Part shown: piece after piece, positions 8,151 through 18,570 of the stretch
How the letters are laid out: every line of letters begins with the position of its first letter
Position numbering within the stretch: position 1 is the stretch's first letter
Origin: Candidatus Daviesbacteria bacterium
GTDB lineage: Bacteria; Patescibacteriota; Microgenomatia; Daviesbacterales; UBA10151
DNA length: 64,000 bases
Direction: 5' to 3'
NCBI GenBank assembly: GCA_016432425.1
Contig: CP066688.1
Location: forward strand, 20,368-84,367
Made by a program: the position numbers and the translations under genes
Notes under the pieces: generated by a model
Told to the model about the DNA's origin: nothing
Database searches by the model: none
What the model saw: the letters and a program-made list of their open reading frames with translations, nothing else

Positions 8151-8178
8151 CGAGGGAATTTTAGCGCAAAGCTAGTTG

Positions 8179-9237
8179 TTATGTCAATTTTCTACTCATA
8201 TTAGCAACAGAAGCAGACAACCCTAAACAGATTAAGGTGGCAAGTAGCGAACTTCCTCCATAGGAAACCAGCGGCAAAGTAATACCGGTAATGGGCAAAA
8301 TACCCACATTCATGCCAATATTGACAAAAACTTGAAATAAAATCATGGTGACTACCCCATAGATGATCAAATAGCCAAAACTATTCCCCGTCTCTTTACT
8401 TACTTTAAGCAGATAAAAAATTAAATAACCATATAAACTTAAAATTACCAAGGCTCCGACTAAACCTAATTCTTCGGAAATAGCGGCAAAAATAAAATCA
8501 GTCCGGAATTCGGGTAAAAATTGTAACCTGGATTGGGTACCGCTGCCCAAACCCCGGCCAAAAACTTGTCCAGAGCCTACGGCAATAGTAGACTGGATAA
8601 TATTGTATCCGGTTCCCAGAGGGTCACTGTTGGGAGAAAGGAAATTAAACACCCTTTGTTTTTGGTAATCTTGCAGGTTTAGCCAGATTAAGGGCATGGT
8701 AATAGTAAATAAAAAACCAAGCAGGACAACTTTTTTAAAGGAAATTCTAGTTATTAAAAGCATTCCTAAAAAGATTGCCGTAATAGTTAAAGTCGTACCC
8801 AAATCAGGTTGTTTAAAAATCAAAAACAAGGCAGGCAAGATAATTCCTACACTTAAGGAAATATTTTTCCAATTTGGTAAATGTTTTGACCAAAAATCAG
8901 CTAACAGTAAAATTAAAACTGGTTTTGCCAGCTCTGAAGGTTGAATATTAAAAAATCCCAGCGGAATCCAACGAACCGATCCTCTAGTTTCTATACCAAC
9001 AACAAATACCACTATTAACAATAGTAAAGTTATTAAATAAGTCGGATAAATAATATGAGTTAAGGCTCGGTAATCGGAATGAGAAAGTAGTAAAAAAATA
9101 ATGAATCCCAAGGCAGTAGCAAATAATTGTTGGCTGGCTAGGGTTAAAGAAGAAGATAAAAGTACGATGATGCCAATGGACAGTAGTAGTAAACTGGACA
9201 AAATTATGGGCAGGTTAATATCTTTTAAAAACCTCAT
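8179..9237 (-). CDS. rodA: Rod shape-determining SEDS protein RodA
   Basis: RWIPLGFFNIQPSELAK, QPDLGT, GYNIIQSTIAVGSG, LPEFRTDFIF, LPITGITLPLVSYGGSS. Confidence 0.92.
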   Translation of the reverse strand: MRFLKDINLPIILSSLLLLSIGIIVLLSSSLTLASQQLFATALGFIIFLLLSHSDYRALTHIIYPTYLITLLLLIVVFVVGIETRGSVRWIPLGFFNIQPSELAKPVLILLLADFWSKHLPNWKNISLSVGIILPALFLIFKQPDLGTTLTITAIFLGMLLITRISFKKVVLLGFLFTITMPLIWLNLQDYQKQRVFNFLSPNSDPLGTGYNIIQSTIAVGSGQVFGRGLGSGTQSRLQFLPEFRTDFIFAAISEELGLVGALVILSLYGYLIFYLLKVSKETGNSFGYLIIYGVVTMILFQVFVNIGMNVGILPITGITLPLVSYGGSSLLATLICLGLSASVANMSRKLT

Positions 9238-12101
9238 GCTACTTTTTCTACTTTTAGCTCCGGCCCTTCATTGATGGATATGGAAGAGGTAGCTTTTAAA
9301 ATTTGTTCTTCAAAATCTTGAGGCCATTTGGGAACTACAACTTTGGTTTTATCAGCCAAAGTTAGGCCTTGTTCTTTTCTTAATTGCTGAATTTGCCTAA
9401 TTAACTCCCTGGCTTCCCCTTCTTGTGCAAGTTCTGGAGTAATATTTGTATCCAGGATTATTTTTGGATCAGCTGATGAAATTTTTTGGTACTCAACTTT
9501 TTTAACATTTAATTCATCTGCCAAAATTTGTTCTAAATCTGTACTCAATTTTTCTGTTGATTCATAAGTTAAATACCCCAAGGGCTGCTTTAGTTTAATA
9601 TTTTCCTCTTTTCTTTTAGCCAAACCTGCTTCGGATATTTTTCTAACTAGCTTCATAGCTTTTTCCAACCCATTATCCAATAACTTTTCCCGAAATTCTG
9701 GCCAATCACTTAAATGAACTGACTGTTTACCAGTTAAATTTCTATATATTTCTTCACTTAAAAATGGAATAAAAGGTGCCAAAATCTTAGAATAATTAGC
9801 CAATACCACCCAAAGAGCTTGCAGGGTATCATTTTTATCGGTAATATCAGTAACTTCTGGTCCTACTCTATCCCTGATACGTCTTACATACCAATTAGAT
9901 AAATCGTCAATAAATATCTCTGCCTGTCCTGTGGCATCACTGGCATCATACTTTTCTAAACTCTCAGCAATATTTTTAATATTTCTATTCATTCTAGAGA
10001 TAATCCATCTATCTAAAACATGTTTTGGCTCAAAATTTTCTTCCGGTTTCCAATCATTTAAATTCGCATACATCACAAAAAATGAATAAACGTTCCATAA
10101 TTTCAACAAGAAAAGTCTTTTAATTTCTTCAAGTACATGGAAACCAAAATTAACATTATGCTCTGGATTAGTCCTTAAATATAACCACCTCATTACATCT
10201 GCCCCAATTTTGTCCGCTGCTTCATTAAACTCAATAGCGTTTCCTTTGGATTTGTGCATTTCCTCGCCTTTCTCATCTCTCACCGAGGCAAAACCCAACA
10301 GGTTTTTAAAAGGAGTAGTTTTCTTTAAGGCTGTACTCATGGCAATAAGAGAATAAAACCAGTTTTTAAATTGTCCGGGGAAACTTTCTGTGATAAAATC
10401 TGCCGGGAACCATTCTTCAGGCAAAGTAGAAAAAGGCACGATTCCGGCATCTAACCAAGGATTACCGACATCAGGAATACGATTTGCAACCTCATTACAT
10501 TTTGAACATTTAATTTTTACTTGATCAATCCAGGGCCGATGAGGAGAATGTCCCTCAAACTTTTCCCACCCCTCCACAGCTTTTTCTTTTAACTCTTTTT
10601 TGCCGCCAACTACTTCAAAATTACCGCATTTTTGACATTCCCAAATAGGCAGTGACAAACCCCAATATCTTTTTTTAGAAATTAACCAGTCATGCATATT
10701 TTTTAACCAATCTAGTTCGCGGTCATACCCCCATTTAGGCAGCCATTTTGCCTCTTTAATAACTTCTATCATTTGCTGGCGATAAGTTTTACCGGATTCG
10801 TCTTTGGTATCCATGGCTATATACCATTCATCAACCACTCTCCAAACTAACTCTGTTTTGCATCGCCAACAAGTAGGATAGCGGTGAGTATATTTAACGA
10901 CGTCAAATAAAAACTTACCATTTTCAAAACTTTTTAGAAAATTAATAATTAATTCCGGATGAGTTTTAGCATTTTGACCGGAAAAATCCCCCAAACCATC
11001 TATATAATTGGCACTTTCATCAATTACCTCAATTATGGGCAGTTGATATTTTTTACCTAATTGAAAATCTTCAGTACCTGCTCCCGGCGCTGTATGTACC
11101 AAACCTGTGCCATCCACGTCAGTAATAGGCATAATCATCGGATCCGTAGCCACCACCTGATGATTATAATTTGATAAAGATTTTTGCATTTGAGGCAGTT
11201 CATCAAAGGGAGACTTATATTCAAGACCAACTAATTCTTGACCTTTTAAATTTTTAACAACATTTAACTTTAATCTTTCAGCTGCTTCTTTGCTTAAATA
11301 ATAGGTATTACCAGGTACGGTACCACTGGCAACTACATAATCTTTATTGGGATCAACTGCTATAGCTACGTTAGCAGGTAAAGTCCATGGTGTAGTTGTC
11401 CAAACTAAGAGATATTCATTTTTTCTGCCTATAATTGGATATTCAATATAGAGGGAATCATGTGTCAGTTCTTGATACTCCTCAGTTAAAATTTCATGCT
11501 GGGAAATAGCTGTACCACACCGGGGGCACCAAGGAACACTGTCGCGACCTTTATAAAGCCAACCTTTAGCATTTACTACTTTTAAAAAATTCCAGATTGC
11601 GTAGTTATTTTCATCTGAGGAAGTATGGTAAGAATTATCCCAATCCATGAAATAACCTAAGCGTTTACTTTGCTGCGTCTGAATAGCCGAATATTTTTTC
11701 ACCCTCTCTTTGCAGAGGTTAATAAATTTTTCCAAAGAAGCAAATTTATCACCCGGTACTAAATTTTCAATATCTTTCTTGCTTTTTAAGCCTAATTCTT
11801 TTTCTACTTCTACTTCCACCCACAGCCCTTGTTCATCAAAACCGTTCTGAAATCTTTGCCTAAATCCACGCATATTAAAAAATCGCTGCCACAAATCTTT
11901 ATAAGTTCTACCCCAGGCATGATGCACTGCCATAGGATTATTAGCAGTAATGGGCCCATCCAGAAAAGAGAATTTTTGACTAGAGTTTTGATTTTTAGTT
12001 AAATATTTTTTAGTTACACCTTCTTGATACCAAAAATCTAGCAACTCTTTCTCTAGGATTGTAAAATCCACTTGTGAAGAAACTGGTTTGAATTTAGCCA
12101 T
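9234..12101 (-). CDS. ileS: Isoleucine-tRNA ligase (IleRS2 type)
   Basis: FLDGPITAN, WTTTPWTLPAN editing domain, GTGLVH, DWLISKKRYWG; variant signature motifs AVHH and EMHKS. Confidence 0.93.
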   Translation of the reverse strand: MAKFKPVSSQVDFTILEKELLDFWYQEGVTKKYLTKNQNSSQKFSFLDGPITANNPMAVHHAWGRTYKDLWQRFFNMRGFRQRFQNGFDEQGLWVEVEVEKELGLKSKKDIENLVPGDKFASLEKFINLCKERVKKYSAIQTQQSKRLGYFMDWDNSYHTSSDENNYAIWNFLKVVNAKGWLYKGRDSVPWCPRCGTAISQHEILTEEYQELTHDSLYIEYPIIGRKNEYLLVWTTTPWTLPANVAIAVDPNKDYVVASGTVPGNTYYLSKEAAERLKLNVVKNLKGQELVGLEYKSPFDELPQMQKSLSNYNHQVVATDPMIMPITDVDGTGLVHTAPGAGTEDFQLGKKYQLPIIEVIDESANYIDGLGDFSGQNAKTHPELIINFLKSFENGKFLFDVVKYTHRYPTCWRCKTELVWRVVDEWYIAMDTKDESGKTYRQQMIEVIKEAKWLPKWGYDRELDWLKNMHDWLISKKRYWGLSLPIWECQKCGNFEVVGGKKELKEKAVEGWEKFEGHSPHRPWIDQVKIKCSKCNEVANRIPDVGNPWLDAGIVPFSTLPEEWFPADFITESFPGQFKNWFYSLIAMSTALKKTTPFKNLLGFASVRDEKGEEMHKSKGNAIEFNEAADKIGADVMRWLYLRTNPEHNVNFGFHVLEEIKRLFLLKLWNVYSFFVMYANLNDWKPEENFEPKHVLDRWIISRMNRNIKNIAESLEKYDASDATGQAEIFIDDLSNWYVRRIRDRVGPEVTDITDKNDTLQALWVVLANYSKILAPFIPFLSEEIYRNLTGKQSVHLSDWPEFREKLLDNGLEKAMKLVRKISEAGLAKRKEENIKLKQPLGYLTYESTEKLSTDLEQILADELNVKKVEYQKISSADPKIILDTNITPELAQEGEARELIRQIQQLRKEQGLTLADKTKVVVPKWPQDFEEQILKATSSISINEGPELKVEKVA

Positions 12102-12200
12102 ATGAGGTAAATTCTACCAAAAAAGGTTATTACGATCTATAATGAAAAGGTTAATAAGGCTGGCTACTAATGTAAAGCTATCGTCAGGTGTTTAATTACT

Positions 12201-13364
12201 TTATCTGTTATTCCTTAAAAATGCGGGAATTTCTAAATCATCACTATCATCATCTTCAGTTACCTCTGACTCGGAAGATGCATCTGAAACAGATTTTTGA
12301 TCCTGATCATCACTTTGGCCAGTAGTAGGCGTCGACACCCAAGGAGATGCCTGCTGACCAAGTGAGGCTGAACCAATGCCAGTTCCTACATATTCCCTCA
12401 ACCTCATTCTACTTTCATCAAAGCCAGTGGCAATGACAGAAATTTTTACTTGGTCTAATTGATCTTCTTTGATGGTCGCTCCAAAAATGATGTTAGCATC
12501 AGGATCGGAGGCTTGGGCAATAATTTGGGCTGCCTCATTTACCTCATTCATAGACAGGTCTGATCCGCCCACAATGTTAAATAACACTCCTTTGGCTCCC
12601 TGGATGGAAACTTCCAAAAGTGGTGAGGCAATGGCCATTCTGGCTGCAGCAGCGGCCCGGTTTTCCCCACCAGCCACTCCAATACCCATTAAGGCTGAGC
12701 CGGCATTACTCATAATAGTTTTAACATCGGCAAAATCCACATTAATCAAACCTGGCATGGTAATTAGGTCAGAAATTCCCTGGACTCCTTGACCCAGTAC
12801 CGAATCTGCCAGTTTAAATGCTTCTTGTAGAGTCATATTTTTATCTACTACCTCCAGGAGTCTCTGATTGGGAATTATAATCAAAGCATCAACCTTATCT
12901 TTTAAACTCTCAATACCCTCTTCCGCAGCCACCATTCGCCTGGTTCCCTCAAAGGCAAATGGTTTGGTGACTACTGCCACAGTCAAAGCCCCCACATTTT
13001 TAGCAATTTGAGCCACAATAGGAATTGAACCAGTACCAGTTCCTCCACCCATTCCGGCAGTAATAAAAACCATATCTGCATCTTGCAAAACATCCTCTAA
13101 CTTCTGCGTTGATTCTTCGGCGGCTTGTTTACCCACGTCTGGATCTCCACCAGAACCTAAGCCTCGAGTGAGTGCTTCTCCAATTTGTACCTTGGTGGGA
13201 GAGGGATTAGTGAAAAGAGCCTGGGCGTCAGTATTAATAGCTACAAACTCCACTCCTTGAATTTGTTGCAGAGACATCATAGAGCCAATCGCATTACCAC
13301 CACCACCACCCAACCCAATTACTTTTATCTTAGCGAATCTTTGAACGTCCGGTTTAACTAACAT
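12201..13364 (-). CDS. ftsZ: Cell division protein FtsZ
   Basis: GGGGGNA, AGMGGGTGTG, INVDFADV, C-terminal LEIPAFLR. Confidence 0.98.
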   Translation of the reverse strand: MLVKPDVQRFAKIKVIGLGGGGGNAIGSMMSLQQIQGVEFVAINTDAQALFTNPSPTKVQIGEALTRGLGSGGDPDVGKQAAEESTQKLEDVLQDADMVFITAGMGGGTGTGSIPIVAQIAKNVGALTVAVVTKPFAFEGTRRMVAAEEGIESLKDKVDALIIIPNQRLLEVVDKNMTLQEAFKLADSVLGQGVQGISDLITMPGLINVDFADVKTIMSNAGSALMGIGVAGGENRAAAAARMAIASPLLEVSIQGAKGVLFNIVGGSDLSMNEVNEAAQIIAQASDPDANIIFGATIKEDQLDQVKISVIATGFDESRMRLREYVGTGIGSASLGQQASPWVSTPTTGQSDDQDQKSVSDASSESEVTEDDDSDDLEIPAFLRNNR

Positions 13365-13412
13365 TTTATTTCTGGCAGAATATTATCAAAATCTTAGATT
13401 AATTACAAGACC

Positions 13413-14699
13413 TCACGGCAGAAATGATTTAATTAAGTCAAGACCTTTTTGCAGTACCCCTTTAATAGGTAAATTACCAGATAGCATCGGAATATGAATT
13501 TGTCCTGTCTCCCCCTGGCTGACTCCATAAACAATTAACCCTGTTGCAGTGGCAAAGGATAGGGAATCAATCTCATCTACTAAACCTCCCAAACCCTCTA
13601 TCTTGCCTAAGCGGGCCGGGAAACCCAAAACATATTTGGCTTGATCTAGCGCTCCCACTGTGAGAGACCCTCCGCCACACAAGACTATTCCTGAAGGAAT
13701 TTGTACCCCAAAACCACTTTTCTTAATTTCTTTACCCACGAATTTAAAGATTTCCTGCAACCTAGGTCTGATGATTCCATCTACTACGGCTTTACGGGAA
13801 ATTTTTTGCTGAATATCTTCTTCTAATCCCAACTCTTTAATCTCTAAAATATCATCTTCTTTATTCTTTCCTCCTTTTTCTTTCTCGTCCAAAATAATCG
13901 GTTTTTTAGGTAATTTGCCCAAAGCTAATTTAATTTTCTCTGCTCCCTCCAAAGAAATTCTTAGTCCCACAGCCAAATCAGAAGTAATATGACGGGCACC
14001 AATCGGTACTACTGCCGAGTAAGCCACTGACCCATCTACAAAAATAACTACATCGGTTGTTTCTCCTCCAATATCAATTAGGGCCACCCCCAACTCTTTT
14101 TCTGTATCAGTTAATACCGCCACAGATGAGGCCACTCCGGAAAACACTAATTCTGTCACTTCAATTCCCACCTCAGAAACACATTTGACTAAATTCCTCA
14201 TGGCCGCTGAAGCCCCGGTAATAATGTGGGTTTCTGTTTCTAACCTTACTCCCGTCATCCCCACCGGATCTTTAATTCCCTCTTGTCCGTCTACGGTGAA
14301 AGTCCGGGGAATAACATGAAGGATCTCCCGAGAGGCCGGCAGCGCCACTGCTTTAGCGGCGTCATTAACCCTCAAAATGTCCCCTTCTTTAATCTCTCCT
14401 TCTGGTTGAGCCACAGCCACTACTGCGTGTTGGTTTAAACTTTCAATTTGAGGCCCACCCAAAGAAACATAAGCCGAAGAGATCGAGTACCCAGCCATCC
14501 GTTCTGAAGCTTCTACTGATTCAGTAATAGCAGCTACTGCTTCTTCAATATCTACTATCTGATCTTTCCGAACTCCCTTGGCGGGGGTGCTGGAAACTCC
14601 AATAAGACTAATCTTGTCATCCTCAGAAATTGAAGCAATTAAAGTGGCAACTTTCGATGATCCTACATCAATAGCACAAACAATTCGATCTTTAGCCAT
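13413..14699 (-). CDS. ftsA: Cell division protein FtsA
   Basis: IDVGSSKV, DPVGMTGVRLE, IDIGGETTD, VLCGGGS. Confidence 0.97.
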   Translation of the reverse strand: MAKDRIVCAIDVGSSKVATLIASISEDDKISLIGVSSTPAKGVRKDQIVDIEEAVAAITESVEASERMAGYSISSAYVSLGGPQIESLNQHAVVAVAQPEGEIKEGDILRVNDAAKAVALPASREILHVIPRTFTVDGQEGIKDPVGMTGVRLETETHIITGASAAMRNLVKCVSEVGIEVTELVFSGVASSVAVLTDTEKELGVALIDIGGETTDVVIFVDGSVAYSAVVPIGARHITSDLAVGLRISLEGAEKIKLALGKLPKKPIILDEKEKGGKNKEDDILEIKELGLEEDIQQKISRKAVVDGIIRPRLQEIFKFVGKEIKKSGFGVQIPSGIVLCGGGSLTVGALDQAKYVLGFPARLGKIEGLGGLVDEIDSLSFATATGLIVYGVSQGETGQIHIPMLSGNLPIKGVLQKGLDLIKSFLP

Positions 14700-14721
14700 A
14701 GCCTAAATTCTTTTAATCTCC

Positions 14722-15339
14722 TTATATCTCCTTCTTTTGATCAGTAGCATATTTAATAACTGGATTTTCAAAACGCAGATCGATCAATTTAAGCTCCTTG
14801 TTATCAATTTTAGCTTTCTGCAGTATCAATTGTAAAGCAGTCAATTGAATATCCACATTTTTATTAAAATCCGCAATTATAATTGGTGGGCCGTTGAGAA
14901 CCAAAATATTGGTAAAGACCCATGAAGTATTCACTGTAATTTGGAAATCTTTTAATTTGTCTTTCATTTTTACAACTGCAGAAACCAAGGATGCCGGTAA
15001 ATTTTGTCCCACACTAAATTTTTGATCCAACAAAATCAATTTAAGTTGATCTGCCAGTTGGTCAGCTTTTTCAAAAACTACACCTTTTTGGTCTACCGCC
15101 AGAAGATCACCGGAGGCGCTAGCGCTACTGCTAGCCAGAAGAATCACTTGATCCAAAGTTGTAGGTTGGACAATTTCCGGATTTTGCAAAATGATGGCGG
15201 GTTGGCTTTTTTTTACTGAAACTTCTACTTGATTAGTTTTAAAAATTGGCAGCTGTGAAATAAGTATCAGGCTTAAAAAAATAAAAATGAATAGTAGTAA
15301 TATAATTTGAGAAATACCTTTTCTGCCTGCCTTAGCCAT
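14722..15339 (-). CDS. ftsQ: FtsQ/DivIB-like protein (short)
   Basis: N-terminal TM, C-terminal IDLRFENPVI motif, position between murG and ftsA. Confidence 0.65.
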   Translation of the reverse strand: MAKAGRKGISQIILLLFIFIFLSLILISQLPIFKTNQVEVSVKKSQPAIILQNPEIVQPTTLDQVILLASSSASASGDLLAVDQKGVVFEKADQLADQLKLILLDQKFSVGQNLPASLVSAVVKMKDKLKDFQITVNTSWVFTNILVLNGPPIIIADFNKNVDIQLTALQLILQKAKIDNKELKLIDLRFENPVIKYATDQKKEI

Positions 15340-15357
15340 AGTTATATTATATATGTA

Positions 15358-16467
15358 TCAGGAGCGCCCTAACAGGATGATTTCCAAGGCTAATCTTTTT
15401 TCGCTATCTGGAATAACTACCTCTTTGGCAACTTGAGCAGATTTAGTTAAACTAGCTAAATTTTTTAAAGACTTTTTGATAGTTTCCTCCAACACTTCAC
15501 CTGAGGCTTCTTTTTGCCAAATGATTTGACACAGTCCAAGTTTTTGAAAAAATTCTGCATTTTTTGTTTGCTCATCTTGATATAAATAAGGAATAGGAAT
15601 GGTGAGAGCCGGTTTACCCAAATATGCTAACTCTAATAAAGTATTTGCTCCTGCTCTGGTTATGACCAAATCAGCAGATTTAAAAACTACTCCGATCTCT
15701 TCATTAATAAATTTTTTAACTAGAAACCAGGGAGTGGAAAATTTTTCTAATCTCTCAAAATCTTGATATTTAGAATCACCGGTTTGGTGGATAATACAGC
15801 AAAATTTTAAAAGTGAGGACAGCCTTTCTTCGATGAGTTGGTTTATAAAATGTGATCCCTGATTACCACCTGTCACTACCACTATTGGTAGGTGAGCTCT
15901 TTTGGCAAAATTAAAGAAGTTTTTGTATTCTTCCCCGATATTTTTGTGATTGCTTTTGAAAACCTCTCTAATGGGGTTACCTGTTAGAATGTATTTACCC
16001 TCAGTTTTTAAGTTTTGTCTAAAAGAAACCGCAATTTTATCAGCAAATAAACTACTAATTTTATTCGCCAAACCTGTGACCAATGTTTGTTCATGGATTA
16101 AGATGGGAATAGATAAAACCCAGGCACAAATTACCAAAGGCAGGGCTACATAACCTCCAAAAGACACCACCACATCGGGTTTCTCTTGTAAAAGAATTTT
16201 AAAAGCCTGGATAAAACCAATAGGGATTTTAAGAAGTGAAGGAATAGTGTAAGGGGTAAAGGAACGCTGCAGACGACCAGTAATAATGGGGATAAATTTG
16301 ACTCCCAAGCTTGGTAGAATTTGGGACTCAACAGACTTAGTTTGATCACCTTCCATGGTGGTACGGCGCCCCACGTAGACTAACTCTACCTCAGGGTATT
16401 TCTTCAATTCCTGAATAGTAGCTACAGCTGTAGTAAAATGTGCACCAGTTAGAATTATTTTTGACAT
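15358..16467 (-). CDS. murG: MurG glycosyltransferase
   Basis: SFGGYVALP, HEQTLVTGLAN, TGNPIR, TGGNQGS, ITRAGANT. Confidence 0.95.
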   Translation of the reverse strand: MSKIILTGAHFTTAVATIQELKKYPEVELVYVGRRTTMEGDQTKSVESQILPSLGVKFIPIITGRLQRSFTPYTIPSLLKIPIGFIQAFKILLQEKPDVVVSFGGYVALPLVICAWVLSIPILIHEQTLVTGLANKISSLFADKIAVSFRQNLKTEGKYILTGNPIREVFKSNHKNIGEEYKNFFNFAKRAHLPIVVVTGGNQGSHFINQLIEERLSSLLKFCCIIHQTGDSKYQDFERLEKFSTPWFLVKKFINEEIGVVFKSADLVITRAGANTLLELAYLGKPALTIPIPYLYQDEQTKNAEFFQKLGLCQIIWQKEASGEVLEETIKKSLKNLASLTKSAQVAKEVVIPDSEKRLALEIILLGRS

Positions 16468-16468
16468 G

Positions 16469-17560
16469 TTATGTTTTAGTATCCCGGGAAATATTCAGCA
16501 ATATCCCTACTGCTGTTAAATTTGCCACCAGAGCTGAGCCGCCATAAGAAATAAACGGTAAAGGTACTCCGGTTAAAGGAACCAAGGCTACCATCGATGA
16601 TAAATTAATCACTGTTTGGATTCCCAACCAAACTATCAGCCCTGTAGCTAAAATTTTACCAAAGCGATCTTCGCAGTGGCGGGCAATTTCAAAACCGCGC
16701 AAAATTAACCCCAGAAAAAGCCCAATTAGAACCAAACTTCCCAGAAAACCTAACTCTTCTCCCACAATGGCAAAAATAGAATCAGTAGTTACCTCCGGAA
16801 TAAAGCCAAATTTTTGGCGCGACTGGCCCAAACCTACTCCTGTCAAACCCCCGGAACCAAGCGCAATTAGTACTTGAGAAATATGGTAAGTAAACCCCTG
16901 GGTATCGGAAAAAGGATTTAAAAAAGCGAGTACTCTCTGGAAACGATAACTGGAAGTAAAAATTAAACCCACCACCGCTAAAAGACCGGCTGGTAAAAGC
17001 AGCAAAAAATGCCACCATCTCCCGCCAGAGACAAAATAAATCATTACTGCGGTAGTGGCAAAAACGATGGTTGAACCTAAATCCTTTTGCAAAACTGCGG
17101 TAATGAAAGTAATTAGGGTAAGTAAAATTAAAAATGGTTTGAGCCTGACCCCTTTTTCAAAAATAGTGGCTAAATAAATTACACTGGTTAATTTAATAAT
17201 TTCAGCCGGTTGGATGACAGCAAATTTTAAATTTAACCAGCGATGTGCTCCCCCGCCAGAGACTCCCAGTCCGGGAATAAACACCGCCACCAGCAATATT
17301 AGGGAAAAAAGTAACATTAAAAAAGATAACCTTTTAAAATTATGGTAATTAAAAAAAGTAAAAAATCCAGCTGAGAGAAGGCCAATTATGACCCAAATAA
17401 TTTGTTGGCGAATATAGTAGTAGCTGTCATTAAAATCTTTAACAGCCTCTACCACGGAAGAGTCATAAACCATTACTAAACCAAATAAACTCAAAACTGC
17501 CGTAAAAAATAGCAGTGTATAATCAATTGAGGATGTTTGTTCCTTAAGTTTGATATTCAT
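16469..17560 (-). CDS. ftsW: SEDS protein FtsW
   Basis: IQPAEIIK, QKDLGS, GLGQSRQKF, TTDSIFA, LPFISYGGS; start moved to ATG 17560, which overlaps the mraY stop (ATGA). Confidence 0.93.
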   Translation of the reverse strand: MNIKLKEQTSSIDYTLLFFTAVLSLFGLVMVYDSSVVEAVKDFNDSYYYIRQQIIWVIIGLLSAGFFTFFNYHNFKRLSFLMLLFSLILLVAVFIPGLGVSGGGAHRWLNLKFAVIQPAEIIKLTSVIYLATIFEKGVRLKPFLILLTLITFITAVLQKDLGSTIVFATTAVMIYFVSGGRWWHFLLLLPAGLLAVVGLIFTSSYRFQRVLAFLNPFSDTQGFTYHISQVLIALGSGGLTGVGLGQSRQKFGFIPEVTTDSIFAIVGEELGFLGSLVLIGLFLGLILRGFEIARHCEDRFGKILATGLIVWLGIQTVINLSSMVALVPLTGVPLPFISYGGSALVANLTAVGILLNISRDTKT

Positions 17561-18570
17561 CGGGAAATTAGGGCTAACCAGAGTCCGAAAATAGCAAACA
17601 ATGCTCCTACCAGCCAAAAACGGAAGACAATTTTGGGCTCTTCCCAACCTAAGTATTTAAAATACATATGTATGGGTGCAACCGGTAAAACTTTGTGGTC
17701 AAAAAATTTCTTAGAAACAATTTGAATTAAAGAGGAAGAAATAATTACCACATATACTCCTCCAATAATTGTTAAAGCTAAAATTTTACCGGTTAAAAGT
17801 CCCACTACTGCCAAGGTTGCTCCAAAAGCAAAAGCCCCGGCATCGCCTAGATAAATTCGGGCTGGATAAACATTAAAATACAAAAAGGCAAATAAAGTGC
17901 CCAACCAAATACCGATAAAACTAGCCAAAGTTAGATTCAGGGTGGCGGAAGCTAAAGCCAAAAAAGCGATTAAACAAATTAGCAGCAGGCCAGTTGAGAG
18001 TCCGTCCAAACCATCAGCAATATTATAAGCATTGGAAAAAGAAACAATAATAAAAGCAGCCAGCGGCACATACCAATAGCCAATTACCAAATTACCAATT
18101 CCCGAGATATAAATATTACTCAAACCCACCACTGAATAAAGCATTAAAGCAATTAGGACGGCAAAAATAATCTGGAACAAAAAAATAAATCGTCCCTGAA
18201 TCCCGGCATATTTACCACTAAAAGCAGTCACGATCTTTTTTAGATCATCAAGCAAACCAATTAAACCAAAAGAGAGTAGGGTATAAATTAAAATATGTAA
18301 ATCACTCTGTCCGGTAGAGTTGTTCCACTGACTAAAAAGTAAAGTTAAAATAATAATCACCGCTACCAGCAATATCCCCCCACCCACCGGCGTACCCACA
18401 TCCTTACCTTTGAGAAGCTGGTTATGGATGGGAGTTTTAGTGTCATCATATCCCTTGGGGATTTTCCTTTTATATCGGCGGCGCAGGAAAAATAAGAAAT
18501 CAATAAAAGGCACCATAAAAATACTAGTGATAAAAAAAGACAGTAGTACTAAACCAAGTAAATTAGTCAT
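17557..18570 (-). CDS. mraY: Phospho-MurNAc-pentapeptide transferase
   Basis: GTPVGGG, IGLLDD, NAYNIADGLDGL, FNVYPARIYLGDAG, APIH...GWEEPKIV. Confidence 0.95.
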   Translation of the reverse strand: MTNLLGLVLLSFFITSIFMVPFIDFLFFLRRRYKRKIPKGYDDTKTPIHNQLLKGKDVGTPVGGGILLVAVIIILTLLFSQWNNSTGQSDLHILIYTLLSFGLIGLLDDLKKIVTAFSGKYAGIQGRFIFLFQIIFAVLIALMLYSVVGLSNIYISGIGNLVIGYWYVPLAAFIIVSFSNAYNIADGLDGLSTGLLLICLIAFLALASATLNLTLASFIGIWLGTLFAFLYFNVYPARIYLGDAGAFAFGATLAVVGLLTGKILALTIIGGVYVVIISSSLIQIVSKKFFDHKVLPVAPIHMYFKYLGWEEPKIVFRFWLVGALFAIFGLWLALISR

